Position numbers and translations under genes: made by a program
The notes under the pieces: generated by a model
The model's input: only the letters and a program-made list of their open reading frames with translations
Told to the model about the DNA's origin: nothing
The model's database searches: none
DNA from: Squalus acanthias
Taxonomy: Eukaryota
DNA length: 64,000 nt
Direction of reading: 5' to 3'
NCBI GenBank assembly: GCA_030390025.1
Contig: CM059453.1
Coordinates: 7,316,001 to 7,380,000 of the forward strand
In this document: positions 62,588-64,000 of the stretch, piece by piece
How positions within the stretch are numbered: the first letter of the stretch is position 1
Layout: the number at the start of each line of letters is the position of its first letter

Positions 62588-63094
62588 CATAGAGTCACAG
62601 AGTTATAACGGCACAGAGGGAGGTTATTCGGAACATCGAGTGCGTGCCGGGTCTTTTTAGAGCAATCGAGTCAGTCCCATTTCCCCGCTCTATCCCCGTA
62701 GCACTGCAAGTTTATTTCCCTCAAGTGCCTATCCAGTCTCCCCTTGAAAACATTGAGTGTCTCCGCTTCCACCACTTCCGTCGGCAGCAAGTTCCAGGAC
62801 CTCACCACTCGCTGCGTTACAACGTTTTTACTCACATTCCCCCTGTATCTCTTGCCCAAAACCTGAATACTGTTTCCTGGTCCTGGTACCATCAACTAGT
62901 AGTAACAGCCTTTCCCCGTCTAGCCTATCCAAACCCGTCATAATATTGTACATCTCTATCAAATCACCCCTCAACCTCCTTTGCTCTAATGAAAACTAAT
63001 CCAGATTCTCTAAGCTGTCCTGTTAGTTAAGATCCCCCATCTGCCGGAACCATTCTGGTAAATCTCCTCTGCACCCTCTCCAGGGCCTTCACAT
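62588..63094 (-). mobile_element. CR1-type 3' fragment specific to gene B intron
   Basis: Minus ORF 62671-62895 (TQRVVRSWNLLP); absent at the homologous gene A position near nt 220. Confidence 0.88.
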
Positions 63095-64000
63095 CCTATT
63101 TGTAAAGTGGGCAATTTTTTTGATTTCTCTGGCCGAACATTAAGGTTAGTGGAAACATAGCGGACAGGGGTACTGATAAGAGACGCAGGCATTCATATAT
63201 TAAACACAGAGGTATATAGAAATTACAGCAGTAAATCAGGCCGTTCGGCACAGACAGCCCGTGTTGCTGTTTGTACTTCACATGAGCAACACTCCGAATG
63301 GCATGTGCCTGCTCAGTTCCCACATCTCTTTATTGCAATTCCCTTCCAACACCTGTCGAGCCTATTCTGAAATGTCCACATGAGGATACATTTACTAAGT
63401 GTTGACTGAACCTAAAGCTGACATTGTTGATCGTACTTATAATACATAAACCAGCAGCTCATTAGTTACAATGAAATGAAAGGTAATGGAACTAGGTTGG
63501 TTGCTAGAATGGGTGACTTGTCTGGAATGACAGTTTTAACCAGGGCGGCCATTTCAAATTCTATCTCAGTCTGCTTCTTTCTCCTCTGTCCAGATGCTTC
63601 AAAAGTTTAAGCACTTCTGTCAAATCATCCCAAAATCTCTTTTCGCCTAATAAAATCTGGCTCAATTTTTAAATAATTGTACTTCATCATACCAGACAGA
63701 AACTACGCGAATCAACCCTGTAGCCTTCCTATAGACTGGCGCCCAATACCCGTATTCTTACTCCAAATGCGAACTAACTACTGTTCTCTTTTGAATCGCC
63801 ACTAATCTCGAATTTATATTTCAGAACTCCTGCCATTAAACTCAGAGCTCCAGAAACATTTTCATACACTTTTACACTGGAGGTGCTGCTTTTACTGTCT
63901 TATGAAGCTGACCCCAAATTCCTCTGCTCTTCCACATCTCCCAGCTTCCTACGGTCCAAATTAACATCTACCACCTCATATTTTCTGATCTTGAATTATA
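63095..64000 (+). repeat. Paralogous copy of gene A intron (~221-1135)
   Basis: Collinear, roughly 85-90% identical by eye over 63210-63500 versus 335-620. Confidence 0.92.

Noticed and set aside
1-64000. Specific gene symbols such as MAG, CD22 or SIGLEC1
   Set aside because: Domain count and tail do not match a one-to-one ortholog, and orthology needs phylogeny and synteny that I cannot run.

Overview
Vertebrate genomic DNA, most likely from a cartilaginous fish (inferred from the CR1-type LINEs and Deu-domain SINEs), covering part of a tandem cluster of Siglec/CD22/MAG-like immunoglobulin-superfamily genes. Gene A (+, 1-8649, 5' end outside the window) splices as V-set, C2, C2, C2, TM, tail. 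It keeps the sialic-acid-binding Arg, but has a 1-nt frameshift in its third Ig exon, an Arg in the TM segment and a stop after a short tail. Downstream lies a fossil double-ITIM exon in which both Tyr codons are altered and a LINE sits just before the old stop codon. Gene B (+, from 61482) has a leader and a V-set exon lacking the essential Arg; its F-G region is far more diverged from gene A than the adjacent intron is. An orphan pseudo-exon of a third paralog lies at 57.1 kb. The ~53 kb between the genes is mostly repeats: CR1 LINE fragments (several nested), a gapped GATA-type satellite, a fold-back hairpin, a 4-copy ~5.07 kb tandem array, a Tx1-like fragment, a gag-only LTR element and a Penelope remnant with a decayed hammerhead-like motif. 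All calls come from manual reading and translation; no searches were run, and repeat boundaries are approximate.
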